DNA of 64,000 nt from a virus (taxonomy: Duplodnaviria > Caudoviricetes): positions 83,031 through 147,030 of the IMG/VR virus record IMGVR_UViG_3300037067_003221, one strand, 5' to 3'. The number at the start of each line of letters is the position of its first letter. The first letter of the stretch is position 1. This document shows positions 36,369-46,375 of this stretch, in pieces. Made by a program: the position numbers and the translations under genes. The notes under the pieces are model-generated. The model had not been told where the DNA came from and searched no databases. It worked only from the letters and a program-made list of their open reading frames with translations.

Positions 36369-36824
36369 ATGGCGAAGTATGGTATGCAAGATGGTGGAAA
36401 GAAACAATCTTTCGGTAAAGGCATGGCTATTCGGGACACGGCTGATGATAAACCGCGTCCAGATTTAATCTCGCCATTTGCAAAAGAACGTCAAGGCCAC
36501 TGGCTCGCTATGGGCGCGCGCAAGTACGCGGAGCGGAATTGGGAGCGAGGAATGCCCTTCTCCCGGTGTGTAGCTTCACTTGAGCGGCATACAATGAAGT
36601 TTGAGCAAGGATTGAAAGACGAAGATCATCTTGCAGCAATCATGTTTAACGCAATGGCTCTAATCCATTATGAAGAAATGATTGAGCGAGGAGTATTGCC
36701 CGCCACTTTGAACGATATGCCTAACTACCGTGCTGCAATTAAGCGAGCAAAGCGTGTGGTAAAGAAAGTTAAACGCAAGACTGCAAAGAAATCTACAGTC
36801 CCGCGTAAACGGAGTAAGAAATGA
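36369..36824 (+). CDS. dATP/dGTP diphosphohydrolase (DUF5664-like)
   Basis: RD..DKPRPDLI, GARKYAERNWERG, SLERH, EDHLAAIMFN. Confidence 0.85.
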   Translation: MAKYGMQDGGKKQSFGKGMAIRDTADDKPRPDLISPFAKERQGHWLAMGARKYAERNWERGMPFSRCVASLERHTMKFEQGLKDEDHLAAIMFNAMALIHYEEMIERGVLPATLNDMPNYRAAIKRAKRVVKKVKRKTAKKSTVPRKRSKK

Positions 36825-37396
36825 AGTATATAAGTATTGATCTTGAAACAACCGGCCTCGACGATAGTTACTGCCAGATTCTTGAGTTCGGGGCTGCGTA
36901 TGATGATGAAACCTCACACATCAGCCAACTTAAAACATTCAGACGAATTGTACTTCATAAGAAGATAGTCGGAGAGCCTTATGCTCTCTGGCTCAATGCC
37001 GAACTTTTGAAAGAGATTGCCGAATATAATCCAATTACTAGTCCACGAAATCTGTTCTGTCAGGAAGATCAACTTCTACCAGAATTTGCAGATTGGCTTT
37101 CTAGTATCGGTTTGAATCCGTTAAGTGTGGTTGTAGCAGGAAAGAATTTTGCAAACTTTGATTTGCAATTTATCAACCGTTTGCCCGGTTATGGGTGTCG
37201 AGTTAATTTTCATCGTAGAATTGCCGACCCGGCCACATATTACCTGCTGCCCACGGACAAGGAATTACCTAACACGCAGACTTGCTTGAAACGAGCAGGG
37301 CTGCCAGAGTTCGTCGCTCATAAAGCTGTGGACGATGCTATTGATGTAATCAGATTGCAACGGCATGGACAAGAGCGGCTTTGGGAGAAACTATAA
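36821..37396 (+). CDS. DnaQ-like (DEDDh) 3'-5' exonuclease
   Basis: IDLETTGL, GKNFANFD, HKAVDDA. Confidence 0.85.
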   Translation: MKYISIDLETTGLDDSYCQILEFGAAYDDETSHISQLKTFRRIVLHKKIVGEPYALWLNAELLKEIAEYNPITSPRNLFCQEDQLLPEFADWLSSIGLNPLSVVVAGKNFANFDLQFINRLPGYGCRVNFHRRIADPATYYLLPTDKELPNTQTCLKRAGLPEFVAHKAVDDAIDVIRLQRHGQERLWEKL

Positions 37397-37629
37397 TGGT
37401 TCCAAATGAAAATACACAAGCAGCCCGACGTTTAATTGCGGGCGGTATTGCTGATTTTATTATGTATCTTGCGGCTTTAGAAAGTCCAATTATTGTGGGG
37501 AAACAATACCCACGTAATCGACTAGTTAAGGCATACAATGAATGGGCGACTTCTCGCCGGTTTAGCACAGATGACGCAGATGTAAATCTGTGGCTCAATG
37601 CCTGCCAGAAAGGTTTTATGAGGAAGTAA
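37396..37629 (+). CDS. hypothetical protein
   Basis: TAATG-coupled; start moved to 37396. Confidence 0.6.
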   Translation: MVPNENTQAARRLIAGGIADFIMYLAALESPIIVGKQYPRNRLVKAYNEWATSRRFSTDDADVNLWLNACQKGFMRK

Positions 37630-37631
37630 CA

Positions 37632-38252
37632 ATGACCAAAGTATATAAAGGGCTATTGAGTCTGAACTACAATTTGCTAGCATCCGTGGATGTTGAGACG
37701 ACCGGAAGAATGCCCGGTTACCATGAGATTATTCAGATTGCCGTACAACCTCTTGACAGCGATTTTGAACCGCTGGCTGGGGTCACGCCCTTCTATATGA
37801 ATATTGCACCAGAGTTCCCAGAACGGGCTGAGAAAGAGGCTACAGTGGTCCACGGCCTTAACCTCAAGGAACTTCAAGAGACAGCGATGCCCGCAAGTAA
37901 AGTCATTGATATTTTTGGAGAGTGGTTCCATGCTCTGGATTTGCCATTCCGAAAAAACATTGTTATGTTAGCTCATAACCATTCATTTGAAGTCGGCTTC
38001 CTAAAAGCGTGGCTCGGTGTCAATCTATATGATGAATATTTTAATCCACTTATTCGTGATAGCATGGGGCTGGCGATTGGATTAAATGACCGAGCATATT
38101 GCCGAAGTGAAGAACCGCTATTCACTTCCTACGGTCTTACAGCTTTGTGTAAACAATTTGGGATCGAGAATCTACATTCCCACGATGCACTGGCAGACGC
38201 GCTAGCCGAGGCAAAGATATACAAAATCTTAATGCAATTACCCGTCGTCTAA
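37632..38252 (+). CDS. DnaQ-like (DEDDh) 3'-5' exonuclease
   Basis: VDVETTG, AHNHSFE, HDALADA. Confidence 0.85.
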   Translation: MTKVYKGLLSLNYNLLASVDVETTGRMPGYHEIIQIAVQPLDSDFEPLAGVTPFYMNIAPEFPERAEKEATVVHGLNLKELQETAMPASKVIDIFGEWFHALDLPFRKNIVMLAHNHSFEVGFLKAWLGVNLYDEYFNPLIRDSMGLAIGLNDRAYCRSEEPLFTSYGLTALCKQFGIENLHSHDALADALAEAKIYKILMQLPVV

Positions 38253-38256
38253 ATAA

Positions 38257-38292
38257 AAATAGCCCACCATAGAAATCTATGGTGGGCTATTT
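38257..38292. terminator. bidirectional terminator between convergent operons
   Basis: aaatagcccaccatag-aaat-ctatggtgggctattt with A/T tracts on both sides. Confidence 0.88.
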
Positions 38293-38295
38293 GTT

Positions 38296-39030
38296 TTACC
38301 AAAACTCTCTTGGGCAGTGTTCTGTTGCCATCTTAATTTTGTTCAGCATTGCTGCTCCTGCTGCTTTAACTTTGCAGCCACACCCTTTGCAGCGTTTGGA
38401 CTCGGCATCATACCAGTCACACTTGGAACAAAAGTTTTTATGTATATCGGCTACCTGTGCGTCTGTTCTTTCTGGGCGACCAGCCGCAATCCATTTCTTC
38501 AAAGCTACCCAGTAGTTACTTAATTGTTTTCCTATGCTAGGTATTTCTGGCACAGTGCTGTCTGGGTCTCCACCCAGATTTTCAATATCTATCAAACAAG
38601 CATTGCAATCTGCAAAGCAAATCTTTTTATTGAGAACCACACATCTGGTATCTAAGACTAATGCTCCATCTTGTCCAAGTCTATTAAGATAGGCTCGATA
38701 GGGACATACTTTCCAATGTGATTTATACACCCATGCGGATTCTCGTTCAAAACCATCTGGAATCTCAGGTTCGGGTGCGTCGATTTGTTCGTAAATTAAC
38801 TCGCCTTCTGGACCCCAGACAGGTTGTTTATAAATAGGGTTGGTGGGTTTAGAGGTTGCACAACTACTTAGTTGATATAAGATTGGTACTCGTAGAACAC
38901 ACAAGCCACAATCTACCTCTTCAACAGTCTTTCCATACGTACACGCTTGACCGTGGGCGCACTTCCACTTCTGATCGCGGGAGCCATCCTTGGATACAAC
39001 AACTACATTTCTACGCCGTTCGCAATCCAT
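38296..39030 (-). CDS. Cys-rich protein
   Basis: Multiple CxxC; C-terminal CSKC..CKGCGC..K..EHCP..W. Confidence 0.7.
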   Translation of the reverse strand: MDCERRRNVVVVSKDGSRDQKWKCAHGQACTYGKTVEEVDCGLCVLRVPILYQLSSCATSKPTNPIYKQPVWGPEGELIYEQIDAPEPEIPDGFERESAWVYKSHWKVCPYRAYLNRLGQDGALVLDTRCVVLNKKICFADCNACLIDIENLGGDPDSTVPEIPSIGKQLSNYWVALKKWIAAGRPERTDAQVADIHKNFCSKCDWYDAESKRCKGCGCKVKAAGAAMLNKIKMATEHCPREFW

Positions 39031-39033
39031 AGA

Positions 39034-39414
39034 TCACCATAATTTAAGCGGACAATGAAAATGTTCTAATCTCATTCGTTCTCGAACAGGTATATTACTG
39101 CCGGGGCAGTCACATACCGCACAGAGTTTTTCCTTCTCATTATACTTTGCACATTTGGCACAGTACGTTTTGAAGAAATAGTCTATTTCGGCTTGTGTCC
39201 GCTCCGGGCCTTCGGACTCGGAGCCGTTGAAGTGAAGTAGCCAATCGGCTATCTGTGCTTCATCAGGCAAGACCCGGAGTGGACAAGTCTCACAAAGTTC
39301 GGGAGCAAGAACCTGTACAAAGAGGCGACAATTATCGTTGCCGCATCTTGATACTTTTATTCCAAGGTTACTAGCAAAAACAGTCTCTTGAAATTTACAA
39401 AGCATTGTTTTCAT
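39034..39414 (-). CDS. Cys-rich protein (paralog of 38296..39030)
   Basis: PERT.A.I...CAKC..CAVCDC..HCPLKLW. Confidence 0.7.
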   Translation of the reverse strand: MKTMLCKFQETVFASNLGIKVSRCGNDNCRLFVQVLAPELCETCPLRVLPDEAQIADWLLHFNGSESEGPERTQAEIDYFFKTYCAKCAKYNEKEKLCAVCDCPGSNIPVRERMRLEHFHCPLKLW

Positions 39415-39422
39415 TTGTCACC

Positions 39423-42374
39423 TTAGTATGCCTTTGGCTCGTATGTCTCCCCGGAGCCTGCTAATTTCTTAGTTGGATCGCCAGGGGGATTAGATTCACA
39501 AGCACCACCTAATGGATCAGTAGGGTCTGCGAATCCTTTTGGTTCGGAAACCGTATAAGGATCACTTTTACCAGGGGTATAATTACAATGTAACCCCGCG
39601 ATAGTTGCTTTCATAGAAGAATAAAATGACCATGCTGCAAATAATGCTCCAAATATATGGCAGAAATTATTCATACTGCCATCACAAGGTTGCCCTGTGC
39701 CTGTATGGGCGCATGGACCACTATCACAACCAGCCCCAGATTTACCAGTAGTTACTATAGTAGGTGTAATATAAGTTACATTTACTTCATAACTACAACC
39801 CAATCGATAATTTGGTTCGCCGCAGGCTGTAGGTTTTTCTTTCTTCTTATCCTTTTGACCACCACCACCAGTTTGATTTTTGTTCATTTGGTTGTCTGTA
39901 TTTTTGTAATCTGAACTTACAGCACGTTTCCATGCTTCAAATACAGGGTCGGGTTCTTCAATATCCATAACGTCAGAAATCTGACAGACCACCACTGGAT
40001 ATGTATCTCCATAATCTGATGGAAATTGATCGCCAGATGAAAGAATAATTCTTCTTTCATCTTGCAACACAACGTCGCCACCACGTAGGATATGCCCAGC
40101 AGGTGGAGTCACTGTAAACGCATAACCAGCACCAGCATTTGCTTCTTCTGCTGTCAGCGGAAAGATCATAGCGGGATCGATAGCTGCTGGCCAGAAGAAT
40201 GGATAAGGTGCCGTTTCACCAGAACGTATTGGAGTCAAGCACTCAAAATGTATTGTATTATTTTCATTATTATATTGGGCACTAGTGATAATCACCTTTA
40301 CAGGTGTTGCTGACAAGTGAGAAATATTTAATGTAATACAATCGAATACATCTAAATCCAACATGCTTAGTGGTGTATCAAACTCTACTGTTTTCCAAGT
40401 ATTTGCCGTTCTTATAAGCCAGAACGTAGCAGATTTCAAAATTGTATCAAATGTATTTTGTGTATAATAGTTATGGTCCTCCGTATAAATACCATACTTT
40501 GACACATTATGTTTTAGAACAATTTTTTGATCCGGGTCGGTTTCCCTTAATATTGGAGCGTCTGTTTGTCTCCAAGAGATAACTTGTTTGGTCCCTAGAT
40601 TCTCAGTCTCAGTGTACTGAATCTTAAAGGAACTTACTACAATATCATCGGTCGTTAAAGTGCGAACGGATGTTGGTTCTAATGCAAGGTACTTAATGTA
40701 CAATGTATCGCCACGAATATAAACAGCACATCTTGATTGATATGCAATATCCTGAATAGTTTGAAAAACACTTTGTTTGGTTTTTACATAAAAATTAGTA
40801 GGATAGTTTGTTAGACTAGTTTTTACTGCCGCAAAAGATGTTGCATCGATGCTCATTGCAGGCAGATATTTGTCAACTAACCACTCTATAATATCGCAGG
40901 GATTTGGTCCAACGTCGGATGTGAATGAAACATAAATTTCATCGCTCCATTTTTCATCCGTGCTACTTAGTTTTTCTGCAAAACCAATTTCAACTACTGT
41001 ATAACCATCGTAGTCAGTTTCATAAACAGTGTAAAGAGAAGTCGGGACAGTCATCAATAGTTCTCTATTGGACTTTTCACCTTGTTTCTTATACGCTGCG
41101 ACGTTGTTAATAGTGCCTGGAATCAAACTCACAATATGTAAAATCTCAGCCTCAGCCTCCAAGAATACTTCTGTACCAGCCGGGAGCCAACAAAAGTTGG
41201 ACGTGGCCATGTCATCGTAGGCTTTCTGAGAAGCAGTCGGACCACCTTCATTAGTGATATTTAGACCGCCAACAGTGTCACAAGTCTCTTCTTCGGCATT
41301 CCGTGGATACTTCCAAGTTAAAGACGTTGTATCAAAGGTCCAAGCGTCTGTCCAAGCTGTTCGTTGTAAACTATAACCTCTGTCGCCTGGATCGTGACAG
41401 TCTAGGTCAGCAGGGTCGGTTTTAGCAAAGTCTGGGTGCCAGCGAGATTGTACATGGAAAGTATTCCCAGTAAAATATCCTCTAAATTTAGCACCTTCAA
41501 TATTTAATGTTACGACAGTTGTTTGAGGAAACTTGTCTCCTCCGATAACAGTAAAAGATGAATGTTCATAAGCTACCTGTTGATCGTACAGTGTTAGTAA
41601 TGCACAGATTGTATCAAATCTATTTGCAATACAAGTAGGATCAGGTTGTGTTCGAGCCACAGTTACAGTGCCCAAAGCACCCGTGCCGCTACCGAGAGTT
41701 GGTATTGTTGTTTCCCCATCTGGAACGTCAGGACAACTGATATAACGAGCCTGACAAATTCTAGGCTCTAAAGTAAAGTCATGTACGCCTTCGCCCGCAT
41801 AGAGATACCCTTTGCGAGGGGATCGAACTTGTACTGCTTCCATATTACAAACAGTACCAAAAACTAATGGCCATACTTTTCCTAACGCATCGCTAGGAAC
41901 ATTTGGGAAGTCTCCTTCTTCCATTGAGAAAGCAACTTCATTATCTTGATTGGTTGTAGCAATATCAAAACTAAGGGTACGTGCGCCTTCGTCCCAAACA
42001 ATTGGGCTTGAAATTTCGCCCTTGAAAATCAGGAACTTTTGTCCATCGGCGAGTCCTTTGAAAGTTTGATATAGCCAACATGGGCGTTTATGAATATCTT
42101 GAGTATCAAGAATTGCCTTGATACCACCATCAATATCATCCAATACAACGGAGATTGCCTGAGAATCACTTGCTCCTGTTAATTTTAGAGCAGTATCAAA
42201 GTTGCTGACAGAAACAATAGCGGGGGACGGATAATCACTGCCGTTAATTTTTTGGTCGGCATAAGCCACTTTCACACTGTCGCTAGTGGACCATGCTACT
42301 TCAAGAATAAAGATAGGTTCTGTCCCGTAGTGTGTCTGTAGTTTTAATAAAGCCTCTGGCGATATAACTCTCAT
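39423..42374 (-). CDS. tail tip / baseplate hub protein with Cys-rich insertions
   Basis: Position after Dit-like genes; PLVFG, GPNPCDII, ID..SF tail-hub-like motifs. Confidence 0.65.
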   Translation of the reverse strand: MRVISPEALLKLQTHYGTEPIFILEVAWSTSDSVKVAYADQKINGSDYPSPAIVSVSNFDTALKLTGASDSQAISVVLDDIDGGIKAILDTQDIHKRPCWLYQTFKGLADGQKFLIFKGEISSPIVWDEGARTLSFDIATTNQDNEVAFSMEEGDFPNVPSDALGKVWPLVFGTVCNMEAVQVRSPRKGYLYAGEGVHDFTLEPRICQARYISCPDVPDGETTIPTLGSGTGALGTVTVARTQPDPTCIANRFDTICALLTLYDQQVAYEHSSFTVIGGDKFPQTTVVTLNIEGAKFRGYFTGNTFHVQSRWHPDFAKTDPADLDCHDPGDRGYSLQRTAWTDAWTFDTTSLTWKYPRNAEEETCDTVGGLNITNEGGPTASQKAYDDMATSNFCWLPAGTEVFLEAEAEILHIVSLIPGTINNVAAYKKQGEKSNRELLMTVPTSLYTVYETDYDGYTVVEIGFAEKLSSTDEKWSDEIYVSFTSDVGPNPCDIIEWLVDKYLPAMSIDATSFAAVKTSLTNYPTNFYVKTKQSVFQTIQDIAYQSRCAVYIRGDTLYIKYLALEPTSVRTLTTDDIVVSSFKIQYTETENLGTKQVISWRQTDAPILRETDPDQKIVLKHNVSKYGIYTEDHNYYTQNTFDTILKSATFWLIRTANTWKTVEFDTPLSMLDLDVFDCITLNISHLSATPVKVIITSAQYNNENNTIHFECLTPIRSGETAPYPFFWPAAIDPAMIFPLTAEEANAGAGYAFTVTPPAGHILRGGDVVLQDERRIILSSGDQFPSDYGDTYPVVVCQISDVMDIEEPDPVFEAWKRAVSSDYKNTDNQMNKNQTGGGGQKDKKKEKPTACGEPNYRLGCSYEVNVTYITPTIVTTGKSGAGCDSGPCAHTGTGQPCDGSMNNFCHIFGALFAAWSFYSSMKATIAGLHCNYTPGKSDPYTVSEPKGFADPTDPLGGACESNPPGDPTKKLAGSGETYEPKAY

Positions 42375-42757
42375 TATTCAGCCTCCTCAAAGTCAAATGC
42401 GACATCCATAATCTCTCGCCCCGGGAAATTTAAGGCTCGACCAGTGCCACTCAATTCAAATGGATTGGTTTGAAAATATCCTATCCATACATTTGCTTCG
42501 TGATCTGTAATACGGACAATAGAACCAAAGTATGATTGAAAGAATGCTTCCAATTCTAAGGCTTTATTACGTGATAATTGGAATGCCCAATGTAATTTTT
42601 TACGATCACCCTTGGCATGTCTATATGTATAGAGTTTCCCTGTCATCGTTCTCATGGTTTTAACCGTCGCCACAACAGCACTCGAATCTCCCCAGTTTGG
42701 ACTGGGGAGGATGACGGTGGTTTGCATCGAAGGATATGGTGCTTCTATACGGAACAT
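42374..42757 (-). CDS. distal-tail (Dit)-like protein
   Basis: Similar to the C-terminal domain of 42760..44244; position. Confidence 0.55.
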   Translation of the reverse strand: MFRIEAPYPSMQTTVILPSPNWGDSSAVVATVKTMRTMTGKLYTYRHAKGDRKKLHWAFQLSRNKALELEAFFQSYFGSIVRITDHEANVWIGYFQTNPFELSGTGRALNFPGREIMDVAFDFEEAE

Positions 42758-42759
42758 AA

Positions 42760-44244
42760 TTAAACTACCACGTATGATACTGTTTCATTGAGAGTAAGAT
42801 TATTTCCTGGCACTATGTATTCAACAATAACGCCTTCAAACTCAAAACCAACACTCCATTTATTTTTACCATCGTGAGTGGCCGGTTCGTTAGGAGTTGT
42901 TATAACTCCAATCCATTCTCGACCTTCCCAATCAGTGATATTTATTTCTTCACCTAGATGTGTTTCAATAAATGTTTGTAAGACATATACTTCGTTAGAA
43001 GTTAAACCAGTAAAGTTACAAACAACCGTATTTATCTTAGGCCAATTAGGATCGGCGAATACACTTAGTTTACCGCCTCTTGTTTCACGGCTTATTCTTG
43101 TAAAATTAAGTCTATCCCTATTTTCAAATTCAGGGGCGGGGAGTGTAACTGTGTCAGTAAATTCGCCTGTGGCTGGGAAAGACATTTGAAATCTTTCCGT
43201 TGAATTACTATTCACTGCGACAGGTAGGGTAATACTTGGAGCATCCGGGATTCCTGATACAGTTGATTCTCCGACAAAAGGTGTGTATTGTTTATTTGTA
43301 CACGGCCGTATTAAATAGTAGGCCAAAGAATGTCCTATTGCAAGCGACTCAACAACTGATCTTAAAAAATCTGCATGGTATTCTACGACACCATATAGTG
43401 TCATCGAATCAACTAAGGCTTGATAACGGCCAAATGCTACAGTCTCATTGAAGGTCAAAGAGTCTGTGACCGAAATAATAAGGTGTGAAGCCGACCCAGT
43501 AAATGTTAGCGTATCAGAAATCGTATAGGTACGAGTTCTTGATATTAAATCAACTAGCGTTAAAACGTCGTTGATTGTTTGTCGGATATTGGGATTATAT
43601 CCTGTCGCCGTGCCATTGAAAAATAAATTCTGGGCAACAACACCCCAACGAGTCGCATTGTATCCCGTGGCAACTTCTGTAAATGAGAAGCTGTCATATA
43701 CATATCTGGCTGTCGGTTTTTCCGCAACCACGACTTCGTTAAATGTTAAAGAGTCCCCTGTTGGATTAAAATCATTTGGTACGTGTAAATGGATGACTGT
43801 TTCATCAAAAGTTAAATCCTCAGTAACGTCTCCTAATTTAACAATTGAAACGCCATCAGTTAGACTCATTGAATCATTAACTGAACGATTCCACACCATA
43901 TTTGCTGTGGCGACAGTATCATTAAATGCTAATGAATCTGTAACTGTTCGTGGATGCCATAATTCTGATGTTGCTACTCCGTTCAAAGAGAACGAATCAT
44001 TTACTACTTTTGTACTCCCTGAAACTAGTTCATAAACAACTGTTTCATTGCATGAGAGTGAATCAGTAACAACGCGAGGACCAGCTAATAATGTGAAGGT
44101 TGCTACATCATTAACTGAGAAAGAATCAAAGACTGTCGGAGAAGTCAATGATAATAGCACGTAGGCATATTGGCGTGTAACTCGCAACTTTCCGCTGCCG
44201 GGTCCAAGCACAGAAACGTATTGTCGAGTTACTCGTTGGGTCAT
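42760..44244 (-). CDS. tail protein with VTDSLxFNETV repeats + Dit-like C-terminal domain
   Basis: More than 10 degenerate ~20-aa repeats; 14 N-X-S/T sequons by manual count. Confidence 0.7.
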   Translation of the reverse strand: MTQRVTRQYVSVLGPGSGKLRVTRQYAYVLLSLTSPTVFDSFSVNDVATFTLLAGPRVVTDSLSCNETVVYELVSGSTKVVNDSFSLNGVATSELWHPRTVTDSLAFNDTVATANMVWNRSVNDSMSLTDGVSIVKLGDVTEDLTFDETVIHLHVPNDFNPTGDSLTFNEVVVAEKPTARYVYDSFSFTEVATGYNATRWGVVAQNLFFNGTATGYNPNIRQTINDVLTLVDLISRTRTYTISDTLTFTGSASHLIISVTDSLTFNETVAFGRYQALVDSMTLYGVVEYHADFLRSVVESLAIGHSLAYYLIRPCTNKQYTPFVGESTVSGIPDAPSITLPVAVNSNSTERFQMSFPATGEFTDTVTLPAPEFENRDRLNFTRISRETRGGKLSVFADPNWPKINTVVCNFTGLTSNEVYVLQTFIETHLGEEINITDWEGREWIGVITTPNEPATHDGKNKWSVGFEFEGVIVEYIVPGNNLTLNETVSYVVV

Positions 44245-45269
44245 GGCACCATTACTCCAAATTGAGCAGCATTAAAATTGCTCACGGACCAAGCACTATT
44301 TGTGTTAGGATCAGTTTCTAAAATATTACTGACAGTTGTGTAACTGGTTATTACAGTTAAATTTGCACTATTTACAGTAGTCGCACCTGATACACATTGA
44401 ACCTGTAATGTACTATTAGCAGAAGTATCCTCACAGTCAACACAAACCATTGCACCTTTAATTGAATTTAATACACTTAGATTTGCAAAATCATATAGAT
44501 CAATATGGCCACTTGTAGAATCCTCTACATAGGTTGTATTGTCGTCAACAGGATTTTCATCTACCAGCGTATAATGAGTACCATTTGCCGAAGGTGTCCA
44601 TTGAACAGTCCCAGAGTCTCCACTGGGGTATATGGTTTCAACTCTTACATTGCCTAAAAATCCAGTAGCTCCGTTCGTGGCATATACATCATCAACTGTT
44701 AGAGTACCTTTCCAGTTATACCCATAAATCCAAAAACCATCAATATATGTATGGGCACCAAGTTTATGGGTGTCACTTCCACTGAATACAGTAGTACCAC
44801 CTAAACGCAACTCATAGTTAAAATTAGTCGCACTAGTACAAACTATTTGTATTTCAAAATAGTACCAAACATTGGCATTTAATATAAATGTTGAAGTAGC
44901 AATTGTTTGCCAAGCACTTGAATAATAGGTTTTTAATTTTAACTTACCATCCATCGTCATACAGATTTGAATCGCTTCGGTAGTTCCATCAATTAAAGAT
45001 AAAAATGAAGCCTCTGTTTCAAATTGTGACCATTTACATGCAATGCCGACGGTAAAGGTAGCATCTGTCGAACCAGCCAAACTTTGTTTTTTAAGAGTAT
45101 TTGTCCAAGTACCTGCTCCGAGTTGAAGTGCATATCCAGTACCGAATCTTCCAGTGACAAGATTAGCTGTACCAGCATTTGCCATTGTATATTTTCGGGC
45201 TAGGATGGTTGCTCCGGCTACAGTCGTCGAGCCAAACTCATCAAATCCGTCACACCATAATAAAGCCAT
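44241..45269 (-). CDS. LamG/concanavalin-like tail-associated protein (paralog B)
   Basis: MALLWCDGFD..WYYFEI..VDDVY..FLGNVRV..P.GD..FG. Confidence 0.65.
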   Translation of the reverse strand: MALLWCDGFDEFGSTTVAGATILARKYTMANAGTANLVTGRFGTGYALQLGAGTWTNTLKKQSLAGSTDATFTVGIACKWSQFETEASFLSLIDGTTEAIQICMTMDGKLKLKTYYSSAWQTIATSTFILNANVWYYFEIQIVCTSATNFNYELRLGGTTVFSGSDTHKLGAHTYIDGFWIYGYNWKGTLTVDDVYATNGATGFLGNVRVETIYPSGDSGTVQWTPSANGTHYTLVDENPVDDNTTYVEDSTSGHIDLYDFANLSVLNSIKGAMVCVDCEDTSANSTLQVQCVSGATTVNSANLTVITSYTTVSNILETDPNTNSAWSVSNFNAAQFGVMVP

Positions 45270-45277
45270 AATTGCAC

Positions 45278-46312
45278 CTACGAAAGTATGAATCCAAACT
45301 TAGCGGCATTAAATGCTGTGTCGGACCACAAACCACCTGTTTCTGGGTTTGTTTCAAAAATTTCATTTCGTGTAGAATATGTGCTAGAACCGCATAATTG
45401 CGTAGCACCATTTGCCGTAGTGGCTCCTGATACGCATTGTATTTTGTAATTAAATGGCGTTGTATCAGTTTCTCCACTCTCTACGGATACTACTACTCCT
45501 TTTATTACTCCAATAGATGTTACATCCTGGAATGTAAAAAGTTCAGCATGGCCGGAAACATTGTCCTCGACATAAGTAGTGAGGTCGCTGATTGCTTCAT
45601 TTAATAATGAATAATGACTTGCTCCATTTGAACCCGTCCACTCATTAGGACTCGCATCGCCATCAGGATATACTAATTGTACAACAATATTTCCGAGAAA
45701 ATCATTGTTATAACTTCCACTCCCATCACAAATATATAGATCATCGACGGTCATGCCATAATGCCAACTATAACCGACAAGAGCGATGCCGTTATGGTAA
45801 GCATGTGACCCACCTTTATGGGTATCAGACCCGTTAAAAATTAAGGTTTGGCCAATATGTAATTCATAATCATAGTTTGTTGCAGATGTGCAAGTTATTT
45901 TTAGCTCCACATAATACCAAGTCCCTGCTGTTAATGCAAAAGTCGATGTATTAACAGTTGTCGCACCTGCTTTTAGATATATAGTTCCATTTGCATTAAG
46001 ATGTAGTCCGAGTCCCAAAGTTCCTTCATCTGTAAATTGTAGGAACGGTTGTGAGGCATCAAAACTAGTCGCAATTTTAATACCTACACCGCAAATAAGA
46101 GTCGCATTAGTTGTATTTACTGCTTTTCTTAAAGTAGCATTCCAAACGCCTAAGTCTAGTGAATATAAACCAGTTCGACCAGCACGAATGTATGTTGAAC
46201 TTTCCGACCCTGAACTCATAACATAGTTACGACTCACAATGCCAGCAGGTGAAGGCGCAGAGCCAGCGGTGGTTCCGTAATTATCAAAACCATCAACCCA
46301 GAGTAGAGCCAT
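45278..46312 (-). CDS. LamG/concanavalin-like tail-associated protein (paralog A)
   Basis: MALLWVDGFD..WYYVEL..VDDLY..FLGNIVV..PDGD..FG; same upstream aggtgcaattATGGCT as paralog B. Confidence 0.65.
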   Translation of the reverse strand: MALLWVDGFDNYGTTAGSAPSPAGIVSRNYVMSSGSESSTYIRAGRTGLYSLDLGVWNATLRKAVNTTNATLICGVGIKIATSFDASQPFLQFTDEGTLGLGLHLNANGTIYLKAGATTVNTSTFALTAGTWYYVELKITCTSATNYDYELHIGQTLIFNGSDTHKGGSHAYHNGIALVGYSWHYGMTVDDLYICDGSGSYNNDFLGNIVVQLVYPDGDASPNEWTGSNGASHYSLLNEAISDLTTYVEDNVSGHAELFTFQDVTSIGVIKGVVVSVESGETDTTPFNYKIQCVSGATTANGATQLCGSSTYSTRNEIFETNPETGGLWSDTAFNAAKFGFILS

Positions 46313-46375
46313 AATTGCACCTTAAAAAACACCCCGGCGTAGATTGCTCTACGCCAAGGTGGGAACAGAGGGAGT

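Noticed and set aside
36369-36824. Evidence for a 2-aminoadenine (Z) genome
   Set aside because: No PurZ or DatZ recognisable in the window; DUF5664-type genes are widespread on their own
44241-46312. Diversity-generating retroelement targets
   Set aside because: No reverse transcriptase or near-identical TR/VR pair seen; the paralogs diverge throughout
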